Below are positions 40,301-49,385 of a stretch of DNA of 64,000 nucleotides, piece by piece. The position numbers were made by a program, and so were the translations under genes. The notes under the pieces were generated by a model. That model saw only the letters and a program-made list of their open reading frames with translations. It had not been told where the DNA came from and ran no database searches. How positions within the stretch are numbered: position 1 is the stretch's first letter; each line of letters starts with the position of its first letter. This DNA is from Eledone cirrhosa (lineage: Eukaryota), in NCBI GenBank assembly GCA_964016885.1, contig OZ024741.1:122760001-122824000 (forward strand). The letters run 5' to 3'.

Positions 40301-40729
40301 GTTCCAGTCGCCCACTAACACTAAAGAGCGGGACGTTCCAAGAAAGGTCTCCAGACGCCGGAAGAAATCAGGCCGCCCTGCTCCTGTCGGGGCATAGACG
40401 GCCACTAGCCTGAAAGCTTGCCCGTCTCCGCTGGTCACGTCCAGCACCACCAGCTTACCCTCTGGGTCCAGGAAGATGGCCCGTATGGCGAGATCCAAAC
40501 CTCTCCGAAAAAGCACAGCAACTCCTCCACCGGATCCAGGACGGCTGGGAGATGCGTACACATCGTAGCCGCCGAAGATCGGTGCGAAGGCCCGTGCTTC
40601 GGAGATTCTGGTCTCGCTGATGGCCACTACATCTATGTTTAGTGACCTGAGGTCGTTGAGCAGGTGACCCTGCTTCCATGACGACCCCAAGCCACGCGCA
40701 TTTATGCTGCCTATTCTGAGTGAGGTCAT
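37310..40729 (-). CDS. Tx1 ORF2p (APE endonuclease, RT, C-terminal zinc finger), 1139 aa, copy 1
   Basis: SINARGL, ISET, VYAP, GDWN, YLDR, TDH; GPGYWKLN; FRPITLLN, LDQSKAFD, VRQGCPLS, YADD; CPRC...H....C. Confidence 0.97.
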   Translation of the reverse strand: MTSLRIGSINARGLGSSWKQGHLLNDLRSLNIDVVAISETRISEARAFAPIFGGYDVYASPSRPGSGGGVAVLFRRGLDLAIRAIFLDPEGKLVVLDVTSGDGQAFRLVAVYAPTGAGRPDFFRRLETFLGTSRSLVLVGDWNGILDARWDCVGLADRGGGCKSLTNLLRRFELSDRYRLDFPNVPMWTWTNRIGSSRSYLDRVFCREIDRSSIGCPQFKIVSYTDHKFVICVLDLDRLHRRGPGYWKLNASLPARKAYRDRISELVKRALTGAIVNNKWWFALKRAIRIESIRFSKALAIEKNRAEGELVRKLDEALSKGIATDVLAAKLALDQFFNAKHEGCVVRARVRALRHEGTKAVQWARVAEARRGNKATIRSLVDHDGRMLLDPGQMCEAFQRHFAQLFGGSGGPGRGMDFSVYLDGLPRLSATEARCCEKPITAAEVREAMTGCTRGKSPGLDGLPYELYVQMPGLFGGLLADVYCNWQQNGRIPSSVSRGAVALLRKDPNKGDNIDNFRPITLLNTEFKILAKVLAKRLALVVGGLVGEAQTCAIPDRSIHDNLHLMRYIVERVAREPGTGGSLINLDQSKAFDRVDHRYLAAVLRAAGFGPVFRGWIAAMHSDICSVVRVNGHLSEPFNIMRSVRQGCPLSSLLYVLTLEPLLHKLETLRGVPRELGCGRSVSAYADDVTVVVSNAKHIEAIGTTLREYEAVTGAMINQEKSVGLQLGTWRGRSMPSNSVVGRWTDGPVKLLGVWFGPDLQTDKNWDEVTSRVASLTQKWAERKLSLKGRAEVANAYIASVICYRLTVVPCPKPRLTALERLLFRFLWKGRAPMVRRSICCQHPLRGGLGMPWLMMRRHALRLRHLHLFLDGDQVWSPFARRVFPQLVSLTELQSWVKRRPRGSAWRLECLQALTALDQSGNVIGGNSTSAFYRGLVEEKSDDVLGETLGVDENQLANLFGRTFGPGPMDNFQKSLAWQCYRGALPVRDKLYRHGGAVSRACPRCAQGDETVLHALVQCPKIADLWVYVEHLLSRLGRIQLSSESIVRIAPPSSFSREGQAVFICLVAMAKEIVWWTRLKGLKTSTYLFGDALIDFFKFHLKRKIRVEREVLSSQHFVERWVREARMARVNGPTLSIYL

Positions 40730-40764
40730 GTTTAAAATAGAGTGGAAAAGATGGGAAAGACCAC

Positions 40765-42858
40765 TTACCGTATTTTTGGTAGAGGAGGGATGGTTTTTAC
40801 ATCCCTTTTCACTTGATCGTCTGGTGAAGGGACCGTTGAATCGTCCCTTCGGCTGGTCGTCGGCTCTTCTAAGAGAATGTCTGAATATACTCTTCGATTA
40901 ATGGTTCCTCCTAGGTCCCTGAAATCACCAACTGCGTTGGGGAATTTCGTTTTAATGTTTGTGTATTGTTTCTGTGCTATTTTTAGCAGTCTTATGTTAG
41001 TTGGCGTTTTGATTGGTGCTGGTATTATGTAGTCCTGTTGTGAAATGTCTGTGTGTTCAATTATGTAAGTCATTAGTTTCTTGTTGTGTGTGTTTATTGC
41101 CGTGCATTTGTTTTTCTGGGGGTGGGGTGTGGTTCTGCTATTTTCTTGTCGTTGTTGCTGGGTGTGTGTGTTTTGTTGTTGTGTTTGCGATGTTGGTGCT
41201 TGTGGTGTTGAAGGTGTTGTTGGCGGTGGGGTTGTCGCCGGTGGTGATGGTGGTGCTGGTGTGGGTGGTGATGGTGTTGGTGGTGTTGCTGCTGTGGGTC
41301 TCTTTGCAGTAGACTTTACCCTTTTCTCATTTCTTTCCTCCCTTTTCAAAGGCGACGATGCGCTGCTTCTGCGTTTGTGCCTTCTTGAGACCTTTTGCCA
41401 TCCCTCTCCCACCTCACACTCCATGTCTGATTCTGTAAGGTCGGGGAGGGGTACCAGCTCCACTCTTTCACTTGTTGTTGTTGGTGATGTTTGCACTGGA
41501 GTCTCTGTTGCAGCTGCATTTGGTATTGCTGTTGTTGTTGTTAATATTTCCACTGCTGCTGCTGTCTTTGATTTCCGTGGAGTGGGTATGGGTGCCACGG
41601 ACCTATCGTTCCTGGTTGCCGCTTGTCCTGTTGCTGGTAGCCGTGGAACCGGATTCGGGAGGAGGGGGGTTTTCTCCTTTCTCAGGGTCTTCTCGTTGCA
41701 GAAGGCCCTGAGGTGAGTCTTCGATCCACAGCGAAAGCATTTCGGGCGTTTGCCCTCAACACTTATGGGCAGTTGAGTGCCGTTATCGAAGTCTATCACA
41801 TCCGGGATAGCTTCGATGCACTCCTGGTTGGTTTGGATTAGCATCTCAATGGAGGAGCCGACCCAATCTTCTCTTACTTTTTTCTGTACTTGCAGTACAG
41901 TTGTTTTGTCCTCGATTCCGACGAGGACAGACGCGGCCAGCCAAGAAGGGGTCATTCCGGGGGGGACGTGGGTCAGTTTGACCCTCACAATTTTTTGCCC
42001 GCAGTAGGAGGGCACCAACACCATTTCCTCGCTCCTTAGGGTCACTACTGATTGGGCTTTTGCCTCCTGGGGTGTGGCAAAAAGTACGTCTACGGTGGCG
42101 TATTTTTTGCCTCGGGTGATGTGCGTTTTCCTCTGCCACACAGACCCCAAGGCTTTTTGTATTTGGGCCTCTGTGGCTCTTTCCACCCTACGGGATTTTG
42201 TACTTACTGTACGGTACGTGACCGTACAGTGCTCTTGGGTTTCGAAAAAATTTTTCGCTGCCTTGCAGATTGCTCGGTGTCCGTTCTTTGTCACCATCTT
42301 CTTCGCTTCCTCTAATTCCTCATTTGTTATGAGGATTGTTTCCAGGTTTTTCGCAATACCTGCAAATGAGATTGGTTTTTCTCTGCTGTTGTTGTTGTCG
42401 TCAGAGCTGCTGGTACTTTTGTTGTTGCTGCAGGTACTACGACTACTGCCTCCGCCGCTGTTGCTGTGGTTGTTGTTGGTGTTGCTGCTGCTAATGCTGT
42501 TGTTGTTTATGCTGCTGGTGATGCTGTTGCGGCTGCTACTGTTGTTTTCATTGTCACTGTTGCTGTTGTTATTACGGCTGCTACTGCTGTTATTCCTGAC
42601 GTCAGACGAATGAACTGGGTTTTCGTATTTCCCGCACACCTGTTTCGTCGCTGTCGTCGTCGTCGTGGAGAAACCTTGCACGCTTTGCACGAGACTTTTC
42701 TTTTCTTTCGTCGCTTGCGAAAGAGAAGGTAGGGAGAGAGACACATTTAAAGAAGGGAGGGAGAGAGACAATCTTCTCTCTCCTGTAGTGATGATTGAGG
42801 AAGAAGAAGACGGAATGAGTGGGAGTGACGTATGAAATTTTTTTTTTTTGGTAGCCAT
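40765..42858 (-). CDS. Tx1 ORF1p (S/N-rich region, RRM-like, CCHC knuckle, P/T/Q-rich region), 697 aa, copy 1
   Basis: Real ATG (MATKK) at 42858; CFRCGSKTHLRAFC; VRVKLTHVPP RRM-like strand; frame open. Confidence 0.92.
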   Translation of the reverse strand: MATKKKKFHTSLPLIPSSSSSIITTGERRLSLSLPSLNVSLSLPSLSQATKEKKSLVQSVQGFSTTTTTATKQVCGKYENPVHSSDVRNNSSSSRNNNSNSDNENNSSSRNSITSSINNNSISSSNTNNNHSNSGGGSSRSTCSNNKSTSSSDDNNNSREKPISFAGIAKNLETILITNEELEEAKKMVTKNGHRAICKAAKNFFETQEHCTVTYRTVSTKSRRVERATEAQIQKALGSVWQRKTHITRGKKYATVDVLFATPQEAKAQSVVTLRSEEMVLVPSYCGQKIVRVKLTHVPPGMTPSWLAASVLVGIEDKTTVLQVQKKVREDWVGSSIEMLIQTNQECIEAIPDVIDFDNGTQLPISVEGKRPKCFRCGSKTHLRAFCNEKTLRKEKTPLLPNPVPRLPATGQAATRNDRSVAPIPTPRKSKTAAAVEILTTTTAIPNAAATETPVQTSPTTTSERVELVPLPDLTESDMECEVGEGWQKVSRRHKRRSSASSPLKREERNEKRVKSTAKRPTAATPPTPSPPTPAPPSPPATTPPPTTPSTPQAPTSQTQQQNTHTQQQRQENSRTTPHPQKNKCTAINTHNKKLMTYIIEHTDISQQDYIIPAPIKTPTNIRLLKIAQKQYTNIKTKFPNAVGDFRDLGGTINRRVYSDILLEEPTTSRRDDSTVPSPDDQVKRDVKTIPPLPKIR

Positions 42859-43071
42859 GTTTTTTTGTTTAAAATGAAATTTTGGGTACAAAACCCCAAT
42901 AACTGGCTATTTAACCCCGAAGGGCCAAATAACGGACAGAAAGACCCCTCTCACGAGGAGGAGGGTGTCTTTATCAACAATTTGGTTCAAGTTTTAAACA
43001 ATTTACAATTGTTTTAACGGTTAAAAATTACTATACCTTACAGAGCCGAGCCTCCGTCAACCATGGCATTC
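42859..43071 (-). promoter_or_regulatory. Structured 5' UTR / probable internal promoter of the Tx1 element (same in all four full copies)
   Basis: Several hairpins, including a 12-bp stem with cUUCGg loop (42906-42933); uORF MVDGGSAL (43038-43064). Promoter function is inferred from L1-clade biology. Confidence 0.55.
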
Positions 43072-43372
43072 AATAATAATAATAATAATAATAATATTAA
43101 TAATAATAATGATTTCTTTATTAACCACAAGGGTTTACATAAAGTAGACATTAAGGACAGTGCAGGACAATGCAGGACGGTACAAATGGGCATTTCTGCG
43201 TGTAAAAAAACAAAAACAGAGGATGTAACAAAAATAACAATGAAAATAACAATGAAAAATTCCCCAATAGGGGGGAGACTTCGGAGGGACATTTGTGGAG
43301 AAAGCCCAGTAAAAAGCCACAATGACCCTGACCACCAAGGCAAGTGCCCTCTCCCAGTTTTCCACCTTTAGT

Positions 43373-46300
43373 TTACAGATATATACTCAGAGTCGGCCCA
43401 TTCACTCGGGCCATTCTTGCTTCTCTCACCCATCTTTCAACAAAATGCTGGGAAGAGAGCACTTCCTTCTCTACTCTGATTTTCCTTTTCAAATGAAATT
43501 TGAAAAAGTCAATCAGAGCATCACCGAAGAGGTAAGTGCTCGTCTTCAGCCCTTTCAAACGTGTCCACCATACTATCTCTTTCGCCATGGCCACCAGACA
43601 GATAAAAACTGCCTGCCCTTCCCGGCTAAAGGAGGAGGGCGGGGCAATCCTCACGATAGACTCAGATGATAGCTGGATCCGTCCTAAACGCGACAGCAGG
43701 TGTTCGACATAAACCCACAAGTCAGCAATTTTCGGACACTGGACGAGTGCGTGCAGGACGGTTTCGTCGCCCTGCGCGCATCTCGGACATGCCCGGCTGA
43801 CGGCACCTCCATGCCTGTAGAGTTTATCCCGAACTGGCAAGGCTCCTCGGTAGCACTGCCAGGCCAGAGATTTCTGGAAGTTGTCCATAGGCCCCGGCCC
43901 AAAAGTTCTTCCGAAGAGATTGGCTAGTTGATTTTCGTCGACGCCTAGAGTTTCCCCAAGTACGTCGTCGCTCTTCCCCTCCACTAATCCTCTATAGAAC
44001 GCCGAGGTGGAGTTTCCACCGATCACATTGCCCGATTGGTCGAGGGCTGTGAGCGCCTGAAGACATTCCAGTCTCCAGGCGCTCCCTCTCGGTCTTCGCT
44101 TGACCCAGGACTGCAGCTCCGTCAAGGAAACGAGCTGGGGAAAAACGCGTCTAGCAAACGGCGACCACACCTGATCACCGTCGAGGAAGAGGTGGAGATG
44201 TCGTAGCCTGAGCGCGTGCCTGCGCATCATCAGCCACGGCATGCCCAGCCCTCCACGTAGCGGGTGTTGACAACAGATGGACCGCCTGACCATCGGAGCA
44301 CGTCCCTTCCACAAAAAGCGAAAGAGCAAACGCTCCAGCGCAGTCAGGCGAGGCTTAGGACAAGGTACGACGGTTAGGCGGTAGCAGATGACAGACGCGA
44401 TGTACGCGTTAGCCACCTCCGCTCGACCTTTCAGGGATAGCTTCCTCTCCGCCCATTTCTGGGTGAGAGAAGCCACCCTGCTCGTCACCTCGTCCCAGTT
44501 TTTGTCCGTCTGGAGGTCCGGACCGAACCAGACCCCTAGCAATTTAACCGGTCCGTCCGTCCAGCGCCCGACGACGCTGTTGGACGGCATGGACCTGCCT
44601 CTCCAGGTGCCGAGCTGCAGGCCCACTGACTTTTCCTGGTTGATCATTGCTCCTGTCACCGCTTCGTATTCTCTTAGTGTAGTGCCGATCGCCTCGATGT
44701 GTTTGGCGTTCGACACCACTACGGTGACATCGTCCGCATATGCTGACACGGATCTTCCGCATCCTAGTTCGCGCGGGACTCCCCTCAACGTCTCCAGTTT
44801 GTGCAGTAATGGCTCGAGAGTCAATACGTACAAGAGGGACGAGAGGGGACATCCTTGGCGGACCGAGCGCATGATGTTGAACGGTTCCGACAGGTGACCG
44901 TTCACTCTCACCACAGAGCAGATGTCGCTGTGCATGGCAGCGATCCAGCCTCTGAAGACGGGCCCAAAGCCAGCCGCCCTCAGGACTGCCGCTAGGTAAC
45001 GATGGTCGACCCTATCGAAAGCTTTCGACTGATCTAAATTGATCAAGGACCCACCCGTGCCAGGTTCCCTAGCTACCCTCTCTACGATGTATCGCATGAG
45101 GTGGAGGTTGTCGTGGATGGATCTGTCGGGAATGGCGCATGTCTGCGCCTCTCCCACCAGACCACCAACGACAAGCGCCAACCTCTTTGCTAGCACCTTG
45201 GCCAAAATCTTAAACTCTGTGTTTAGCAGAGTTATGGGCCGGAAATTGTCTATGTTATCCCCCTTGTTCGGATCCTTTCTCAGCAGTGCCACCGCTCCTC
45301 GGCTCACAGAACTGGGAATTCTCCCGTTCTGTTGCCAGTTGCAGTAGACGTCCGCCAAGAGGCCTCCGAACAAGTCTGGCATCTGTACGTAAAGTTCATA
45401 GGGCAGACCATCCAAACCAGGCGATTTACCCCTTGTGCAGCCAGTCATTGCCTCCCGTACTTCAGCGGCTGTTATCGGCTTTTCGCAACACCTCGCCTCA
45501 GTGGCCGAGAGCCGCGGCAGCCCGTCGAGGTAGACACTAAAGTCCATCCCTCTACCCGGCCCCCCGCTGCCCCCGAACAGCTGAGCGAAGTGTCGCTGAA
45601 AAGCTTCACACATTTGCCCGGGATCGAGTAGCATGCGCCCGTCGTGGTCCACCAAAGACCGGATCGTGGCTTTGTTGCCACGACGCGCCTCCGCCACTCG
45701 GGCCCATTGAACGGCTTTCGTCCCCTCGTGTCTGAGAGCACGCACCCTAGCTCTGACAACGCAGCCTTCGTGCTTTGCATTGAAGAATTGGTCAAGGGCC
45801 AATTTCGCCGCAAGCACGTCGGTCGCAATGCCTTTGCTAAGCGCCTCGTCTAATTTTCTAACTAGTTCTCCCTCTGCTCTATTTTTCTCTATTGCTAAAG
45901 CCTTACTAAACCTAATCGATTCTATTCTAATCGCTCTTTTCAGAGCAAACCACCACTTGTTGTTGACGATGGCCCCCGTCAACGCCCGCTTAACTAGTTC
46001 GCTAATCCGGTCTCTGTAGGCCTTGCGCGCTGGTAAGGACGCGTTTAGCTTCCAGTAGCCGGGTCCTCGTCTATGAAGCCTATCTAAGTCAAGCACACAG
46101 ATCACGAATTTGTGGTCCGTGTAGCTGACTATCTTGAATTGTGGACAGCCTATGCTAGACCTATCTATTTCCCTACAAAATACTCTATCTAGATATGATC
46201 TGGATGACCCTATGCGGTTTGTCCAAGTCCACATTGGCACATTCGGGAAATCCAATCGGTACCTGTCAGACAGTTCAAAACGCCTGAGCAGGTTGGTGAG

Positions 46301-46792
46301 GCTCTTGCACCCTCCACCCCTATCCGCTAATCCCACACAGTCCCAGCGTGCATCTAAGATCCCGTTCCAGTCGCCCACTAACACTAAAGAGCGCGACGTT
46401 CCAAGAAAGGTCTCCAGACGCCGGAAGAAATCAGGCCGCCCTGCTCCTGTCGGGGCATAGACGGCCACTAGCCTGAAAGCTTGCCCGTCTCCGCTGGTCA
46501 CGTCCAGCACCACCAGCTTACCCTCTGGGTCCAGGAAGATGGCCCGTATGGCGAGATCCAAACCTCTCCGAAAAAGCACAGCAACTCCTCCACCCGATCC
46601 AGGACGGCTGGGAGATGCGTACACATCGTAGCCGCCGAAGATCGGTGCGAAGGCCCGTGCTTCGGAGATTCTGGTCTCGCTGATGGCCACTACATCTATG
46701 TTTAGTGACCTGAGGTCGTTGAGCAGGTGACCCTGCTTCCATGACGACCCCAAGCCACGCGCATTTATGCTGCCTATTCTGAGTGAGGTCAT
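43373..46792 (-). CDS. Tx1 ORF2p, 1139 aa, copy 2
   Basis: Intact; all endonuclease, RT and zinc-finger motifs present. Confidence 0.97.
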   Translation of the reverse strand: MTSLRIGSINARGLGSSWKQGHLLNDLRSLNIDVVAISETRISEARAFAPIFGGYDVYASPSRPGSGGGVAVLFRRGLDLAIRAIFLDPEGKLVVLDVTSGDGQAFRLVAVYAPTGAGRPDFFRRLETFLGTSRSLVLVGDWNGILDARWDCVGLADRGGGCKSLTNLLRRFELSDRYRLDFPNVPMWTWTNRIGSSRSYLDRVFCREIDRSSIGCPQFKIVSYTDHKFVICVLDLDRLHRRGPGYWKLNASLPARKAYRDRISELVKRALTGAIVNNKWWFALKRAIRIESIRFSKALAIEKNRAEGELVRKLDEALSKGIATDVLAAKLALDQFFNAKHEGCVVRARVRALRHEGTKAVQWARVAEARRGNKATIRSLVDHDGRMLLDPGQMCEAFQRHFAQLFGGSGGPGRGMDFSVYLDGLPRLSATEARCCEKPITAAEVREAMTGCTRGKSPGLDGLPYELYVQMPDLFGGLLADVYCNWQQNGRIPSSVSRGAVALLRKDPNKGDNIDNFRPITLLNTEFKILAKVLAKRLALVVGGLVGEAQTCAIPDRSIHDNLHLMRYIVERVAREPGTGGSLINLDQSKAFDRVDHRYLAAVLRAAGFGPVFRGWIAAMHSDICSVVRVNGHLSEPFNIMRSVRQGCPLSSLLYVLTLEPLLHKLETLRGVPRELGCGRSVSAYADDVTVVVSNAKHIEAIGTTLREYEAVTGAMINQEKSVGLQLGTWRGRSMPSNSVVGRWTDGPVKLLGVWFGPDLQTDKNWDEVTSRVASLTQKWAERKLSLKGRAEVANAYIASVICYRLTVVPCPKPRLTALERLLFRFLWKGRAPMVRRSICCQHPLRGGLGMPWLMMRRHALRLRHLHLFLDGDQVWSPFARRVFPQLVSLTELQSWVKRRPRGSAWRLECLQALTALDQSGNVIGGNSTSAFYRGLVEGKSDDVLGETLGVDENQLANLFGRTFGPGPMDNFQKSLAWQCYRGALPVRDKLYRHGGAVSRACPRCAQGDETVLHALVQCPKIADLWVYVEHLLSRLGRIQLSSESIVRIAPPSSFSREGQAVFICLVAMAKEIVWWTRLKGLKTSTYLFGDALIDFFKFHLKRKIRVEKEVLSSQHFVERWVREARMARVNGPTLSIYL

Positions 46793-46827
46793 GTTTAAAA
46801 TAGAGTGGAAAAGATGGGAAAGACCAC

Positions 46828-48894
46828 TTACCGTATTTTTGGTAGAGGAGGGATGGTTTTTACATCCCTTTTCACTTGATCGTCTGGTGAAGGGACCGTT
46901 GAATCGTCCCTTCGGCTGGTCGTCGGCTCTTCTAAGAGAATGTCTGAATATACTCTTCGATTAATGGTTCCACCTAGGTCCCTGAAATCACCAACTGCGT
47001 TGGGGAATTTCGTTTTAATGTTTGTGTATTGTTTCTGTGCTATTTTTAGCAGTCTTATGTTAGTTGGCGTTTTGATTGGTGCTGGTATTATGTAGTCCTG
47101 TTGTGAAATGTCTGTGTGTTCAATTATGTAAGTCATTAGTTTCTTGTTGTGTGTGTTTATTGCCGTGCATTTGTTTTTCTGGGGGTGGGGTGTGGTTCTG
47201 CTATTTTCTTGTCGTTGTTGCTGGGTGTGTGTGTTTTGTTGTTGTGTTTGCGATGTTGGTGCTTGTGGGGGTGGTGTTGAAGGTGTTGTTGGCGGTGGCG
47301 TTGTCGCCGGTGGTGATGGTGGTGCTGGTGTGGGTGGTGATGGTGTTGGTGGTGTTGCTGCTGTGGGTCTCTTTGCAGTAGACTTTACCCTTTTCTCATT
47401 TCTTTCCTCCCTTTTCAAAGGCGACGATGCGCTGCTTCTGCGTTTGTGCCTTCTTGCGACCTTTTGCCATCCCTCTCCCACCTCACACTCCATGTCTGAT
47501 TCTGTAAGGTCGGGGAGGGGTACCAGCTCCACTCTTTCACTTGTTGTTGTTGGTGATGTTTGCACTGGAGTCTCTGTTGCAGCTGCATTTGGTATTGCTG
47601 TTGTTGTTAATATTTCCACTGCTGCTGCTGTCTTTGATTTCCGTGGAGTGGGTATGGGTGCCACGGACCTATCGTTCCTGGTTGCCGCTTGTCCTGTTGC
47701 TGGTAGCCGTGGAGCCGGATTCGGAAGGAGGGGGGTTTTCTCCTTTCTCAGGGTCTTCTCGTTGCAGAAGGCCCTGAGGTGAGTCTTCGATCCACAGCGA
47801 AAGCATTTCGGGCGTTTGCCCTCAACACTTATGGGCAGTTGAGTGCCGTTATCGAAGTCTATCACATCCGGGATAGCTTCGATGCACTCCTGGTTGGTTT
47901 GGATTAGCATCTCAATGGAGGAGCCGACCCAATCTTCTCTTACTTTTTTCTGTACTTGCAGTACAGTTGTTTTGTCCTCGATTCCGACGAGGACAGACGC
48001 GGCCAGCCAAGAAGGGGTCATTCCGGGGGGGACGTGGGTCAGTTTGACCCTCACAATTTTTTGCCCGCAGTAGGAGGGCACCAACACCATTTCCTCGCTC
48101 CTTAGGGTCACTACTGATTGGGCCTTTGCCTCCTGGGGTGTGGCAAAAAGTACGTCTACGGTGGCGTATTTTTTGCCTCGGGTGATGTGCGTTTTCCTCT
48201 GCCACACAGACCCCAAGGCTTTTTGTATTTGGGCCTCTGTGGCTCTTTCCACCCTACGGGATTTTGTACTTACTGTACGGTACGTGACCGTACAGTGCTC
48301 TTGGGTTTCGAAAAAATTTTTCGCTGCCTTGCAGATTGCTCGGTGTCCGTTCTTTGTCACCATCTTCTTCGCTTCCTCTAATTCCTCATTTGTTATGAGG
48401 ATTGTTTCCAAGTTTTTCGCAATACCTGCAAATGAGATTGGTTTTTCTCTGCTGTTGTTGTTGTCGTCAGAGCTGCTGGTACTTTTGTTGTTGCTGCAGG
48501 TACTACGACTACTGCCTCCGCCGCTGTTGCTGTGGTTGTTGTTGGTGTTGCTGCTGCTAATGCTGTTGTTGTTTATGCTGCTGGTGATGCTGTTGCGGCT
48601 GCTACTGTTGTTTTCATTGTCACTGTTGCTGTTGTTATTACGGCTGCTACTGCTATTATTCCTGACGTCAGACGAATGAACTGGGTTTTCGTATTTCCCG
48701 CACACCTGTTTCGTCGCTGTCGTCGTCGTCGTGGAGAAACTTTGCACGCTTTGCACGAGACTTTTCTTTTCTTTCGTCGCTTGCGAAAGAGAAGGGAGGG
48801 AGAGAGACAATCTTCTCTCTGCTGTAGTGATGATTGAGGAAGAAGAAGACGGAATGAGTGGGAGTGACGTATGAAATTTCTTTTTCGTAGCCAT
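46828..48894 (-). CDS. Tx1 ORF1p, 688 aa, copy 2
   Basis: ATG at 48894; lacks the 27-nt NVSLSLPSL duplication; frame intact. Confidence 0.92.
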   Translation of the reverse strand: MATKKKFHTSLPLIPSSSSSIITTAERRLSLSLPSLSQATKEKKSLVQSVQSFSTTTTTATKQVCGKYENPVHSSDVRNNSSSSRNNNSNSDNENNSSSRNSITSSINNNSISSSNTNNNHSNSGGGSSRSTCSNNKSTSSSDDNNNSREKPISFAGIAKNLETILITNEELEEAKKMVTKNGHRAICKAAKNFFETQEHCTVTYRTVSTKSRRVERATEAQIQKALGSVWQRKTHITRGKKYATVDVLFATPQEAKAQSVVTLRSEEMVLVPSYCGQKIVRVKLTHVPPGMTPSWLAASVLVGIEDKTTVLQVQKKVREDWVGSSIEMLIQTNQECIEAIPDVIDFDNGTQLPISVEGKRPKCFRCGSKTHLRAFCNEKTLRKEKTPLLPNPAPRLPATGQAATRNDRSVAPIPTPRKSKTAAAVEILTTTAIPNAAATETPVQTSPTTTSERVELVPLPDLTESDMECEVGEGWQKVARRHKRRSSASSPLKREERNEKRVKSTAKRPTAATPPTPSPPTPAPPSPPATTPPPTTPSTPPPQAPTSQTQQQNTHTQQQRQENSRTTPHPQKNKCTAINTHNKKLMTYIIEHTDISQQDYIIPAPIKTPTNIRLLKIAQKQYTNIKTKFPNAVGDFRDLGGTINRRVYSDILLEEPTTSRRDDSTVPSPDDQVKRDVKTIPPLPKIR

Positions 48895-49385
48895 GTTTTT
48901 TTTGTTTAAAATGAAATTTTGGGTACAAAACCCCAATAACTGGTTATTTAACCCCGAAGGGCCAAATAACGGACAGAAAGACCCCTCTCACGAGGAGGAG
49001 GGTGTCTTTATCAACAATTTGGTTCAAGTTTTAAACAATTTACAATTGTTTTAACGGTTAAAAATTACTATACCTTACAGAGCCGAGCCTCCGTCAACCA
49101 TGGCATTCAATAATAATAATAATAATAATAATAATGATTTCTTTATTAACCACAAGGGTTTACATAAAGTAGACATTAAGGACAGTGCAGGACAATGCAG
49201 GACGGTACAAATGGGCATTTCTGCGTGTAAAAAACAAAAACAGAGGATGTAACAAAAAATAACAATGAAAAATTCCCCAATAGGGGGCAGACTTCGGAGG
49301 GACATTTGTGGAGAAAGCCCAGTAAAAAGCCACAATGACCCTGACCACCAAGGCAAGTGCCCTCTCCCAGTTTTCCACCTTTAGT

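Larger units (their letters stand above)
37006..43071 (-). mobile_element. Full-length L1-Tx1 LINE, array copy 1
   Basis: 5' end GAATGCC at 43071, 213-nt 5' UTR, ORF1, 35-nt spacer, ORF2, 3' UTR, AATAAA, (ATT)14. Confidence 0.97.
43072..49108 (-). mobile_element. Full-length L1-Tx1 LINE, array copy 2
   Basis: Same architecture; tail reads (AAT)8ATT(AAT)4 on the + strand. Confidence 0.97.

Noticed and set aside
43015-43071. Spliced-leader/snRNA-like look of the Tx1 5' end (AAG|GUAUAG followed by AAUUUUUAA)
   Set aside because: The Sm-like site lacks the conserved G and the donor is weak; no recognisable snRNA homology.
43038-43343. ORFs reading from the 3' UTR through the poly-Leu tail into the next copy
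   Set aside because: Produced by the (TTA)n tail and non-ATG starts; not kept open at the copy 4/3 junction.
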